Position numbers and translations under genes: made by a program. The notes beneath the pieces were generated by a model, which was not told the origin of the DNA, did no database searches, and saw only the letters and a list, made by a program, of their open reading frames with translations. 64,000 nt of DNA from Nitrosopumilus sp. (GTDB taxonomy: Archaea > Thermoproteota > Nitrososphaeria > Nitrososphaerales > Nitrosopumilaceae): positions 1,875 through 65,874 of the forward strand of contig JBHHZR010000003.1 in the NCBI GenBank assembly GCA_046758125.1. The letters are read 5' to 3'. Shown piece by piece: positions 9,862-20,041 of the stretch (the first letter of the stretch is position 1; every line of letters starts with the position of its first letter).

Positions 9862-10514
9862 TTTCTTTTAGATTTTGTTAGCGCAACAATTGCAATAGTA
9901 ATTCCTAGAATACCAACTCCAATTCCAATATATCCAACATTCATCTGTTGTTTACTTTCTTCAAGATTTGCTACTGTATCTTTTAATTCATTAATATCTT
10001 CGATTAATGCAGTATGACCATCAATCATTTGTTGTAGTGTAATATCTGATGGTTCAGGAAATTCTATGTAAGCACGTTCTGCAACTTTTGGAGGATGCAT
10101 TGATAGACTAATTGGAGTGTCTTTAATTGTTCCTAATATGTTTGCTTGATAAAACCCAGAAACAGTTGGATTGACAAATGCATGATACTTTCCTGGAAGA
10201 TTATGATCAGGAGAAATATGAAGTGTTATGCTTTCATCTTTGTATATTAGTTTTATCTTAACTGTTTCTTGTAATCCCTCAATTCCATTTTGAAACTTTT
10301 GAGATCCTGCACATTCGATTGGTTTAGTAATTTCAGGACATGAAAATAAGGGACTAACATAGAATTCAATTGCGTTTGTTTCTCCTGAAACAACTGGCTC
10401 ATTCATCCAACCAATTTCTACCCTATAATCTCCAACAGCGTCAATTGTATGTCCATATGCTACACCAATTAAGCCTGGAATAATTAACAAAACCAGTAAT
10501 AGATAAGATTTCAA
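9858..10514 (-). CDS. Exported, membrane-anchored hypothetical protein
   Basis: Signal peptide ending AYG-H, short coiled coil, C-terminal TM helix; TTG start. Confidence 0.65.
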   Translation of the reverse strand: MKSYLLLVLLIIPGLIGVAYGHTIDAVGDYRVEIGWMNEPVVSGETNAIEFYVSPLFSCPEITKPIECAGSQKFQNGIEGLQETVKIKLIYKDESITLHISPDHNLPGKYHAFVNPTVSGFYQANILGTIKDTPISLSMHPPKVAERAYIEFPEPSDITLQQMIDGHTALIEDINELKDTVANLEESKQQMNVGYIGIGVGILGITIAIVALTKSKRN

Positions 10515-10593
10515 TACTAAAAAAACTATAGTTTGTTTTTAAAAATGTTTTAGTAATTTCTGTAAATGAGTTTGAATTTTGATGTTTTACCAA

Positions 10594-12039
10594 TTATGCA
10601 TCTGCATACATTGAAACTTCCCAAGCTGTGGGAGTTTGTGCAAATGCAGTATATTCTTTGTATTTTAGTTCAGTATATTTACCAAGAAAATCTTTGGTGA
10701 AAACCTCTTCTAAGAATGCAGAATCACTTTGTAAAGAATCAAGTGCTCCTTTTAGTGATACTGGCAGAGATCCAATGTTATACTCATGTTTCTTTTCAGC
10801 AGTAAGTTTGTAGACATTTTCTTCAATTGGATCACCAGGATCAATTTTATTTTTAATTCCATCTAGTCCTGCTAATAATAATGCAGATTCTAAAAGATAG
10901 ATATTTGCAGTAGGATCAGGTACACGATATTCTAATCTTTTACTTTTTTCTTGATTTCTAGTGTACATTGGAACTCTGATTGCAGCAGATCTATTACCTA
11001 ATCCCCAACAAACATTGACAGGTGCTTCAAATCCTGGAACTAGACGTTTGTATGAATTTGTTGTAGGGTTTGATATTGCACAAAGAGCTGATGCATGACT
11101 CAAAATTCCACCAACATAATATCTTCCAGTTTGACTCATCTGAGCTACTTTATCATCTTGATCATACATTGCATTTGTATTTTCGTTCCACAAGCTCTGA
11201 TGAGTATGCATTGCAGATGCATTATCACCAAAAATTGGTTTTGGCATAAATGTTGCAACTTTATTTTTTCGTTTAGCTTTGACTTTGACTAAATTTTTCA
11301 CTCCAATTACATGATCAGCCATCTGGATCATTTCATCATATTCAAGATTAATTTCACATTGACCAGAAGTTGCGACTTCATGATGTTCTGCTTCTATTCT
11401 AATCCCAAAGAAATTATACAAATCATCACATACATCCTTTCTAAACCCCTCTAGAGTATCCTTAGGTTGAGATGGGTAATATCCTTCTTTCAAATTAATT
11501 GCAGTACTAACATTTCCTTTAGCCCAAGGTGATTCTTTAGATTCAATAGAATATCCCGAACCACCGTATGATTGGGTTGCAGCATATGGAGATGGATAAA
11601 CATTGATAGTATCAAAAACAAAAAATTCTATTTCAGGTCCCCAGTTTGTATGAGTTAATCCAAACTCTTTGAGCTTCTTTGATGCTTTATGTGCAATTCC
11701 TCTTGAATCCCTATTGTATCTTGAACTTTCATCAGTACTTCCATCATACAAATCACAGAAGATTCGAGCATTTCTTCTATTGCTAGGATCATAATCAGAT
11801 GGAAGAATTTTAAATGAGGTTGGGTCTGGCATCAAAATCATATCAGAGTGATTTACAGATTTGAATCCAACAATTGAGCTTGCATCCAATTTCTCAAGGC
11901 CGTTTACAAAACTGTTTTCATCAATTGCATAGCTTGGCATACCGACGTTATGCAGTTCACCGAAAATATCTACAAACCAAAAATCAATAAATGAAATTTT
12001 TTCAGCTTTTATGGTTTGTAGCACTTGTTCTGCGTTCAA
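10594..12039 (-). CDS. glnA: Glutamine synthetase type I paralogue (variant active-site loop)
   Basis: GPEIEFF, HHEVA.SGQCEI, FMPKP, NSYKRLVPGFEAP and RLEYRVPDP motifs. NASAMH replaces NGSGMH. Confidence 0.9.
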   Translation of the reverse strand: MNAEQVLQTIKAEKISFIDFWFVDIFGELHNVGMPSYAIDENSFVNGLEKLDASSIVGFKSVNHSDMILMPDPTSFKILPSDYDPSNRRNARIFCDLYDGSTDESSRYNRDSRGIAHKASKKLKEFGLTHTNWGPEIEFFVFDTINVYPSPYAATQSYGGSGYSIESKESPWAKGNVSTAINLKEGYYPSQPKDTLEGFRKDVCDDLYNFFGIRIEAEHHEVATSGQCEINLEYDEMIQMADHVIGVKNLVKVKAKRKNKVATFMPKPIFGDNASAMHTHQSLWNENTNAMYDQDDKVAQMSQTGRYYVGGILSHASALCAISNPTTNSYKRLVPGFEAPVNVCWGLGNRSAAIRVPMYTRNQEKSKRLEYRVPDPTANIYLLESALLLAGLDGIKNKIDPGDPIEENVYKLTAEKKHEYNIGSLPVSLKGALDSLQSDSAFLEEVFTKDFLGKYTELKYKEYTAFAQTPTAWEVSMYADA

Positions 12040-12119
12040 TTGATAATTTTAGAAAATCAATTTACTAATGTTATCATGTAAAGATAGATTTGACAAGATG
12101 GTCAGGTAAATTATGAAAA

Positions 12120-13466
12120 TTAACTGCTTTTTGATGTCTTGAGTGCATTTAATTCATCTTCAAAGAAGAATTTGTCACCAAATGCAGGTTTTAAATCATC
12201 TAACCAAATCGCATTTTCGTCGTATTTTGCAAAAAATGGTTCTTTAACCCAGTTTGGGTTTCGCCCCTGCAAAAATCTTAAAACAAGTAATTTTTGATCG
12301 TTAAATTCTGCAGTTCCAACAACCTGAACTTTTCCAGGGGTTGCTGACATACTAGGTCCGCGTACGGTTCTTGCCAACCCACTAACAGAAGAATATGCTT
12401 GGCTAAAGATTTCATATGCTTTGACTAAAGGAACTCCGAAATAATGCTGAGCGCCTGTGTCTCTTACAACAAACATGTAGTAGGGTATACAACCAAGTTG
12501 AACTTGTTTGGTCCACATTTTTGACCACATTTCTGCATCGTCATTAATATGAGCTAAAAGTGGAGATTGTGTTCTAATTTGAGCACCAGTTTTTCTAACT
12601 TCTTTAATTGCAGATTTTACGGCATTTGTTGACAGTTCATTAAGATGATTAAAGTGCGCCATAATTGCAAGGTGTAACCCGTTATCAGTTATTTTTCTAA
12701 AAATATCTAACATTTCTTGTGAGTCAGCATCTGTCAAAAATTTGTAAGGCCAATAAGAAAGAGCTTTTGTTCCAATTCTGATTGTTTTGAGGTTTGGAAG
12801 TTTAGATTCGATAAGAGCATCTATATATTTTGAGAAAATCTTTGCTTTCATAATCATAGGATCACCACCGGTAAATAAGATATCAGAAATTTCTGGATGT
12901 TCTGAAACATATTGTATTAGTTGTTCACCTTCTTGCATAGCAAATTTCATTTCATCCATTCCAACAAATTGTGGCCATCGAAAACAAAAACTACAATATG
13001 CATGACAAGTTTGACTTTGACTAGGGAAAAAGAGGCAGGTTTCTTTGTATTTATGTTGCATTCCATAAAGTTTAGTTCCATCTTTTAGTGTTGGAACATT
13101 TAGTTCCATTTGTCCAGCTGGATGTGGATTTAATTGTAAACGAATTTCATTTGCAACAGATGCAATTTCTTTTTTATCAGAATTATTTCTTAAAACAGAT
13201 TCCATTTTTTTGTAATGTTCTGGTTTTAACATTTCCTTTTGAGGAAAAGTCAATACATACATTGGATCAGTAGGTATGTTTTTCCAATCAATTAATTGTT
13301 CAACAACATAATTATTTGCTTTAAATGGCAAAACATTTCCTACAACTTCCATTTCAAATTGAGTTTCTTTTGAAATATTCTGGATTTGTGGGAGAGTGCG
13401 GAAATTTGATAATGTGTATGATTTTAATGATGGATTCTCATCCCAAACTGATTCTTGATAGGTCAT
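12120..13466 (-). CDS. kamA: KamA-family radical-SAM amino acid 2,3-aminomutase (possibly glutamate 2,3-aminomutase)
   Basis: CHAYCSFCFR (CxxxCxxC), LFTGGDP, RIGTK, PYYMF, and the PLP Lys in PGK. Confidence 0.85.
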   Translation of the reverse strand: MTYQESVWDENPSLKSYTLSNFRTLPQIQNISKETQFEMEVVGNVLPFKANNYVVEQLIDWKNIPTDPMYVLTFPQKEMLKPEHYKKMESVLRNNSDKKEIASVANEIRLQLNPHPAGQMELNVPTLKDGTKLYGMQHKYKETCLFFPSQSQTCHAYCSFCFRWPQFVGMDEMKFAMQEGEQLIQYVSEHPEISDILFTGGDPMIMKAKIFSKYIDALIESKLPNLKTIRIGTKALSYWPYKFLTDADSQEMLDIFRKITDNGLHLAIMAHFNHLNELSTNAVKSAIKEVRKTGAQIRTQSPLLAHINDDAEMWSKMWTKQVQLGCIPYYMFVVRDTGAQHYFGVPLVKAYEIFSQAYSSVSGLARTVRGPSMSATPGKVQVVGTAEFNDQKLLVLRFLQGRNPNWVKEPFFAKYDENAIWLDDLKPAFGDKFFFEDELNALKTSKSS

Positions 13467-13596
13467 TTAGTAAATAGTACTCAAACCCTTGTTAAAGGTT
13501 ACATGTTTCTTACGCATAAAATTTTTTGAATTTGATTAGAATATGGGTTAACCTTTGTATTCTAGAACATAATTTTGGTTAGAATAGTGATTAAAC

Positions 13597-15336
13597 ATGG
13601 CTGAAGAAGAATTATCACAAATTTCTGTAGGGGAGTTTGAGACTGTTTCTGAGCTTTTAGCATCATCTGAGTCACTTCAATTAGCATTTTTCATTATGAT
13701 TGTAGGAATAATTGGAATAGTTATTGGGTATAGAAAATTTTCATCGTGGGTAGGTTCACAAAAATTCTATTATCAAAGACCTCATTTTTCAAGATTTGTA
13801 CGTAGATCTGTTCTGCCATTTTTTGCTATTGCGTTAATTACTGCAATTAATGTTTACATTCAAACTGGTGAATTATTAGGAGAAGATTTATCGCTAGTTC
13901 AAGGAGAGGATATATCTCCTCAAGAAACATTTGCAAAGATTCTCAATACTTTTAATATTTTAGTAATTGGCTATACAATTTCACATCTGATTCCAATTGT
14001 TCTTACTAAACGTGATAAATCCATCTTAGAAAAAGAGGATTTTGAAGCATGGTTTGAGATGAGAGGATTTGTTGATGATAAAGATGATCTATTTCATAAG
14101 CTGTACAAGTGGGTTCCACCAAAAATTACTCCTGAAGATATTGAAGAAGAAAAATTCCAAGAAATGCTCAAGACTGAAAAAGGAACGCAATACTTGGAAC
14201 AATTTCGAACAACAAAAGGTAATCCAATTGGAGGATATGAGAAATTAGTTGAAAATCCATTTGAAGAATGGAAGAAATCAGAACGTACAAAATATGAAAA
14301 ATATTTCCAAAATTGTATTACTGGTGAAAATCAATCTGGTAGAAAACTAAGACTTGGTGCAAAACCTGATGAGATATTTCCAATTGATATATGGCGAGAA
14401 GAGAAAAGAGTGCATGGTTATGAACCAATAATTCCAAGTTCACGTCCTCCTGGATATGCAAAAAAGAAAAGAGAAGGTATTCCAAAGTCTGCAAAACAAA
14501 TACTTCCTATAGGAATTTTCATTGCAACAATTTTGGGAGTTGTTGCATGGTGGGGAGTAGATTTGATTGTTATTGCAACAGCCACAGGAGGATTTTCAAT
14601 TGGTTTAGGTTTGGCATTACAAGAAACTATGCAGAATTATTTTGCTTATATCATGATTAGAAAAGACAAAATTTTCGTTGAAGGGGATAGAGTACAACTT
14701 GAGACTGGTTATAATGGATATGTGCATAAAATCACGCCTAGAGTAACATACATCAGGGATGCATTATACGAATCAATTGCAGTAATTCCAACTAGACAAT
14801 TAGTTTCTGCACAGATAATCAATTACACCAAAGAAAACAAACTTGTTCCAGCAGTTGTTAAAGTTGGAGTTTCTTATCTAAATAATCCTAGACAAGTTGC
14901 ATCAATTTTGGTGAAAGTTGGTAAGCGAGGAATGAAAGAGATTGTTGATGTAAAGGGCAGACATCTAGTAAGACAAAATAGATGTCCATATCTAAATCAA
15001 AATAAACCAAGTTGTGGTTGCGATAAAGAACTCCATGTAGAAATATCACAACCTGTTGTTAGATTTAATGATTTTAATGATTCATCACTTGATTTTTCAA
15101 TGTGGGTATATGTCAGAGATTATGGTGCTCAATTCAAAACAAAAACTGATTTGAGGATGATAATGTATGAAGAATTCAAGAAATATGATATTAGAATTCC
15201 ATGGCCAATTCGAACTGTCTATCAAGGAGATGAGAAGAAAGAATTTGAAGAGATTAGTCAATTAGATCCAGATAGAAATAAGGTAATTGAGGACTATGGT
15301 CTTGGGGATCTTGGACGTGGAGAAGGAGACGATTAG
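13597..15336 (+). CDS. mscS: MscS-family mechanosensitive channel with large insertions
   Basis: GLGLALQETMQNYFAYI...GDRVQL...GYVHKI...IPTRQLV...INYT MscS core; FNDFNDSSLDF C-terminal domain. Confidence 0.85.
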   Translation: MAEEELSQISVGEFETVSELLASSESLQLAFFIMIVGIIGIVIGYRKFSSWVGSQKFYYQRPHFSRFVRRSVLPFFAIALITAINVYIQTGELLGEDLSLVQGEDISPQETFAKILNTFNILVIGYTISHLIPIVLTKRDKSILEKEDFEAWFEMRGFVDDKDDLFHKLYKWVPPKITPEDIEEEKFQEMLKTEKGTQYLEQFRTTKGNPIGGYEKLVENPFEEWKKSERTKYEKYFQNCITGENQSGRKLRLGAKPDEIFPIDIWREEKRVHGYEPIIPSSRPPGYAKKKREGIPKSAKQILPIGIFIATILGVVAWWGVDLIVIATATGGFSIGLGLALQETMQNYFAYIMIRKDKIFVEGDRVQLETGYNGYVHKITPRVTYIRDALYESIAVIPTRQLVSAQIINYTKENKLVPAVVKVGVSYLNNPRQVASILVKVGKRGMKEIVDVKGRHLVRQNRCPYLNQNKPSCGCDKELHVEISQPVVRFNDFNDSSLDFSMWVYVRDYGAQFKTKTDLRMIMYEEFKKYDIRIPWPIRTVYQGDEKKEFEEISQLDPDRNKVIEDYGLGDLGRGEGDD

Positions 15337-15381
15337 TTTTATTTTTCTCAAAACTTAAGAATCCCATTAAATCACATTTTC

Positions 15382-16263
15382 TTGTTGAGTAAGATATCAG
15401 TAATTTCAGGAAAAGCTTCAGAAGATTTAGCAAGAAAGTTATCTAGAAAGATAAAGGCTAATCTCGTAAAATCAGAAATTAGAGTTTTTGCTGATGGAGA
15501 AAGTAAAATTACTCTAAAGGGAAGTTTATCAAAAAGGAAATGTGTTGTTGTACAGTCAATTTATCCTCCAGTAGATACAAATTTAGTTCAAGCATTATCA
15601 CTAATTTCAAAAGCTAAAGAAAAATCATCAGAAGTAATTGCAGTCATTCCATATATTGGGTATGCAAGACAAGACAGAGAATTTTTACCAGGAGAGATTA
15701 TTACGATGAAGGTTCTTGGCAAGTTGTTCAAAGGAGTTGGTGCATCAAAAATTCTTGCTGTTGACATTCACAGTATGATTGGCTTCAAACATTTCACTAT
15801 CAAAACAAAAAATGTAACTGCAATTCCGGATCTAGTGAAATATTTCAAGAAATTGAGCCTGAAAAATCCCCTTGTTGTATCTCCTGATCAGGGTGGAAAG
15901 GATAGAGCAAAAGAATTCGCAAAGGAATTTGGGTTAGAGTATATTGCTCTACAGAAAAAGAGAGATAGAAGAACTGGTAAAGTCAAAATTAAAACAAAAA
16001 ACGCAGATGAGGTTGTAAATAGAGATTTAATTTTAGTTGATGATATGATAAGTACTGGAGGGAGTATTATCAAAGCAACACAATTTCTTAAAAAACAAAA
16101 ATGTAAGAGAGTTTTTGTTGCATGTACACATGCCCTTTTAATGAATAATGCAGAAAAGAAAATTAGAAAAGCAGGTGTTTCAAGAATTATTAGTGCAAAT
16201 ACAATTCCAGGTAAAACATCAATTGTAGATGTTTCAAATACAATTGCAAAGGCAATAATATAA
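15382..16263 (+). CDS. prs: Ribose-phosphate pyrophosphokinase
   Basis: FADGES, PYIGYARQDR, VSPDQGG and LVDDMISTGGS motifs. Confidence 0.96.
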   Translation: MLSKISVISGKASEDLARKLSRKIKANLVKSEIRVFADGESKITLKGSLSKRKCVVVQSIYPPVDTNLVQALSLISKAKEKSSEVIAVIPYIGYARQDREFLPGEIITMKVLGKLFKGVGASKILAVDIHSMIGFKHFTIKTKNVTAIPDLVKYFKKLSLKNPLVVSPDQGGKDRAKEFAKEFGLEYIALQKKRDRRTGKVKIKTKNADEVVNRDLILVDDMISTGGSIIKATQFLKKQKCKRVFVACTHALLMNNAEKKIRKAGVSRIISANTIPGKTSIVDVSNTIAKAII

Positions 16264-17210
16264 TGCCAGAAAGTTTCTTTATTTTATCTAAAGATTATCT
16301 ACAATTAGCAATAGACGAGATAATTGCAGTATCAAAAATGTATGATAGATTTTCTAAAGTAAAAGTAATTTTTAATTTGGTAATAGTTCAATCAAAAACA
16401 AATTGGGAAACAATTGCAAAACGTGCTACATTTGTGAGAACTGCTGGCCAAATTTTAAGAAAAATGTCAGGATTATTCGTAGATGAAGAAAAATTTGAAA
16501 TACTAAAAAATGCCAATACTTTTGTTTGTAGAATTATTAATTTATCATCTAATCAATTTAACATTCCAGAATTAGAAAGTTCTATGGGGGATATGATTTC
16601 AAAATTCTCAAAAGCTAAAGTAAAAATTAAAAATCCAGACATCATCGTTTATCTAATTTTTACTGATAAAGAAAATTTCTTTGGTTTCTCAAAAAAAACA
16701 AAAAGTTCAAAGAGACCAAAAAAACTCAAAAATCATCCTAATGAATTAGATTGGAAGTTATCTAGAATTATGCTTAATTTGATAGGATTAAAAAAAGGAG
16801 AAATTGTTTGTGACCCATTTTGTGGTACAGGAACCACACTTTTAGAGGCGGAATCAATGGGGATTCATGGTATTGGAATTGATTTTAATGAGAAAATGTG
16901 TGAAATGTCAAAGGAAAATCTCAAAGCAAATGGTTTCAAATCAGATGTTTTAGAAGATGATTTTCATAAATTATCTGAAATTTCTGGAAAATTTGATGGA
17001 ATTGTGACTGATATACCATATGGAAGAAACTCTAAAACTAGAAAAGAACCAAAAGAAACTCTGAAAGAATTTTTTTCAATTATTCCTAAAAAGAAGAGAT
17101 TTGCAATAATGTTCAAAAAAGAACTTGGAAATGATTTGAAATTAAAAGGATTAAAAAAATATGAAATCTATAGGCATAAAAGCTTGACAAGGACAATTTT
17201 GATCAAATGA
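16263..17210 (+). CDS. trm11: THUMP + SAM methyltransferase, Trm11/TrmG10-like tRNA m2G10 methyltransferase
   Basis: [13 protein letters not shown] motif I and IVTDIPYG motif IV; THUMP-like N-terminus. Confidence 0.75.
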   Translation: MPESFFILSKDYLQLAIDEIIAVSKMYDRFSKVKVIFNLVIVQSKTNWETIAKRATFVRTAGQILRKMSGLFVDEEKFEILKNANTFVCRIINLSSNQFNIPELESSMGDMISKFSKAKVKIKNPDIIVYLIFTDKENFFGFSKKTKSSKRPKKLKNHPNELDWKLSRIMLNLIGLKKGEIVCDPFCGTGTTLLEAESMGIHGIGIDFNEKMCEMSKENLKANGFKSDVLEDDFHKLSEISGKFDGIVTDIPYGRNSKTRKEPKETLKEFFSIIPKKKRFAIMFKKELGNDLKLKGLKKYEIYRHKSLTRTILIK

Positions 17211-18106
17211 AACTTGTATTCTTAGGAACATCAGCAGCTCAACCTACCGAAAATAGAGGATTGTCTTGTATTTGTTTAGAGAGAGAAGGAGAGATCTTGA
17301 TGTTTGATGCAGGAGAGTCTTCACAAATTTCCTATATGAAATCAGGTTTAGGATGGAACAAAAAAATGAAAATATTTGTCACTCATCTACATGGAGATCA
17401 TTGTGTAGGTATTCTAGGATTATTACAAACAATGTCTATGCAAAAGAGAACTGAAACTTTAGAAATCTTTGGTCCAAGTGGAATTGATGAGTTCATTGGT
17501 GCGAACATCAAAATATTAAATTTTGGATTGTCATTTCCTGTTTTAATTACTACTGTTAAAGAAGGAAAAATATTTGAAGAAAAAAAATATTCCATATATG
17601 CATGCAAAGCAAATCATTCAATTATTACATTCTCATATCTATTTGAAGAAAAAGATAAGCCAGGAAGATTTAATGTAGAAAAAGCTAAAGAATTAGGCAT
17701 ACCTGAAGGAGAATTGTGGAATAAATTACAAAATGGGAATGAAATTACAATTAATGAAAAAATAATAAAACCAGAACAGGTATTAGGTGAAAAACGTCCT
17801 GGTATAAAGATAGGTATTTCAGGTGATACAATACCTACTGCAGAATTACAAAAATTTTTTGAAGAATGTGATTATCTTGTATTTGATTCTACATTTTTAG
17901 ATGAAGAAAGACAGAAAGCACAAGACACATGTCATTCTACTGCAAAACAAGCTGCAACTTTAGGGAAAAATGCACGAGTCAAAAATTTAGTTTTGACGCA
18001 TTTTTCAGCTAGATACAAAGATGAAATTAAACATTTGAAGGAAGCAGAAGAGGTTCATAATTCAGTGATAACTGCAAGAGATCTATTAGAAATAGAAATT
18101 AAATGA
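17207..18106 (+). CDS. rnz: Ribonuclease Z (tRNA 3' endonuclease)
   Basis: [16 protein letters not shown], exosite GIPEG...GE, SGDT and LTHFSARY motifs. Confidence 0.95.
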   Translation: MKLVFLGTSAAQPTENRGLSCICLEREGEILMFDAGESSQISYMKSGLGWNKKMKIFVTHLHGDHCVGILGLLQTMSMQKRTETLEIFGPSGIDEFIGANIKILNFGLSFPVLITTVKEGKIFEEKKYSIYACKANHSIITFSYLFEEKDKPGRFNVEKAKELGIPEGELWNKLQNGNEITINEKIIKPEQVLGEKRPGIKIGISGDTIPTAELQKFFEECDYLVFDSTFLDEERQKAQDTCHSTAKQAATLGKNARVKNLVLTHFSARYKDEIKHLKEAEEVHNSVITARDLLEIEIK

Positions 18107-18828
18107 TGTTTGAATCAATCAAAGATCAGATTAAAGACGCTAAAAAAATTGTATTTGTAACAGGGGCAGGAATGTCACAAGAAAGTGGAATTCCTACATT
18201 TAGAGGCAAAGATGGATTATGGAGAAATTATGATGCGATGAAATTAGCTACAATTGATGCGTTTTATGATAATCCAAAATTGGTGTGGGAATGGTATAAT
18301 GAAAGAAGAAGTAACATTTTTTCAGTAGAACCAAATCAAGGACATAAGGCAGTTGCGGAACTTGAGAAATATACCAAAGTTGTGGTTTTAACACAGAATA
18401 TCGATGGTCTTCATCAAAAAGCAGGCAGTTCAGAAGTGTTAGAATTACACGGAAGCATAGTCAAAATCAAGTGTTCAGTTTGTAATTTTAGAGAGGAAAT
18501 AATGACGGAGTTTTCTGAAATTCCACCTCTTTGTAAGTGTGGAAATATACTCAGACCAGATGTGGTTTGGTTTGGAGAATCTTTACCACAAGATGTATTG
18601 CAAAAAGCTATGGTTTATGCAGGTCAATGTGATTTAATGGTGATTGCTGGTACATCACTAGTTGTATCCCCAGCAAATACACTGCCAATCTATGCAAAAC
18701 AAAATGATGCAGTTTTAGTAGAAATTAATCCAAAAGAAACTGAGATGTCTTCAGAAATGGATCTAGTTGTAAGGAATACTAGTGCAATTGCCTTGCCTGA
18801 GTTTGTTTCATTGTTTAAAGAATATTAA
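18103..18828 (+). CDS. cobB: Sir2-family NAD-dependent protein deacylase
   Basis: [28 protein letters not shown], CxxC...CxC and RPDVVWFGE motifs. Confidence 0.95.
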   Translation: MMFESIKDQIKDAKKIVFVTGAGMSQESGIPTFRGKDGLWRNYDAMKLATIDAFYDNPKLVWEWYNERRSNIFSVEPNQGHKAVAELEKYTKVVVLTQNIDGLHQKAGSSEVLELHGSIVKIKCSVCNFREEIMTEFSEIPPLCKCGNILRPDVVWFGESLPQDVLQKAMVYAGQCDLMVIAGTSLVVSPANTLPIYAKQNDAVLVEINPKETEMSSEMDLVVRNTSAIALPEFVSLFKEY

Positions 18829-19560
18829 TTATTGTGTAAATACACCATTGATTTTTGAACCAGAATCATCACCTGGATTAAATACGGATGATGTAACTGT
18901 GCCATAATCTTCATGTTCGATAATCATATCTACATAGTAAGGAATACCAGTAGCATCATTTACAGTAGTTTCAAACATTGATGTAAAAAAAGTTCCCGAA
19001 AAAATTTCTTTTTGTTCAGTTCTGATCACAACATTAACACTTTTTGTTTTTCCGCTTGAATCAGAATATTGAAGTAAAATATTATCATCAGATTGTTGTT
19101 TGGTAGATAAGGATAATGTTTCATATGTTATTGGGGAAGTACTTTGATCTGATGTTGGATTATTTACAGTTTGTGTAGTAGAGGGTTTAGAATTTTGAGA
19201 ACTTGAACCGCCTGTAAAAATATTTTGTATTGATTCAAGAGGATTAAAATTAGAAACTTCTTCGGTGATTACTTTTTGAGATGATTCTTTTGCTTCAATA
19301 ATTTCATTAGAAATTGTATCTCCAGCTTCACTTATTTCATTAGTTATTGCATTGTTTGTTTTGTCTACAATTTTATCTATTGATTCATCAATTCTTTGCT
19401 CTACAGAATCTGAGGCTTTTGAACCTAAATCAGCTACATCGTCCTTTAATGAATCAAGTACAGTAGCAGAAGTGGTTGGAAATAAAGTATCAATTTCATT
19501 TGAGAATATCATGCCTCCTAAGATTACAATGCCGATAATTATACCTAATTTTATGAACAT
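18829..19560 (-). CDS. Membrane-anchored hypothetical protein
   Basis: N-terminal TM helix from the ATG at 19560, acidic helical stalk, Ser/Thr linker, beta-rich C-terminal domain. Confidence 0.65.
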   Translation of the reverse strand: MFIKLGIIIGIVILGGMIFSNEIDTLFPTTSATVLDSLKDDVADLGSKASDSVEQRIDESIDKIVDKTNNAITNEISEAGDTISNEIIEAKESSQKVITEEVSNFNPLESIQNIFTGGSSSQNSKPSTTQTVNNPTSDQSTSPITYETLSLSTKQQSDDNILLQYSDSSGKTKSVNVVIRTEQKEIFSGTFFTSMFETTVNDATGIPYYVDMIIEHEDYGTVTSSVFNPGDDSGSKINGVFTQ

Positions 19561-19633
19561 TTGATAATAATTCAAAAAAATGGATTTTAGATTCAAACTT
19601 AAAAAAATATTCAAAATGATTGAATTTTCTTAG

Positions 19634-20041
19634 CTAAGTTTCATCATCTCTAAAAATCATCCAATTGATGATCCTATCAATATTAGACGAATTAAGAATC
19701 ACCTTTATTGGTCCTAAGGGGGATTCTTCTGCTTCCTCACAAATTGCTATTTTTCCAGCAAAAGCTGCTTGTTTGTTTAGATAAAACCATGTAGTATTAT
19801 TTTCTACATTTTTTTCAAGGTTACGTCTATAGGTTTTTTGAGATTGTTTGGATTGAATTATTTCATAAATCTTTTCCAAAGAATTCAAATCATTAGATAT
19901 TGCACCAACTGAATAATTTTTAATTTCAATATTTGATTCTGGAAAAATATTTGCAATTGCTATTTTGATTTTATTTGGATCCTCAGAAGAGTTTATTGAA
20001 CATAGCATTTCTATTTTACAATCAATATTTGGAATTTTCAT
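19634..20041 (-). CDS. UPF0201/DUF54-family RNA-binding-like protein
   Basis: SEDPNKIKIAIANIFP and LNKQAAFAG motifs; ATGA overlap with the upstream gene at 20038-20041. Confidence 0.75.
   Translation of the reverse strand: MKIPNIDCKIEMLCSINSSEDPNKIKIAIANIFPESNIEIKNYSVGAISNDLNSLEKIYEIIQSKQSQKTYRRNLEKNVENNTTWFYLNKQAAFAGKIAICEEAEESPLGPIKVILNSSNIDRIINWMIFRDDET

Noticed and set aside
12120-13466. N-epsilon-acetyl-beta-lysine (ablAB) pathway or EF-P beta-lysylation (EpmB)
   Set aside because: No acetyltransferase or EpmA-like gene adjacent, and the lysine-binding Asp residues appear substituted.
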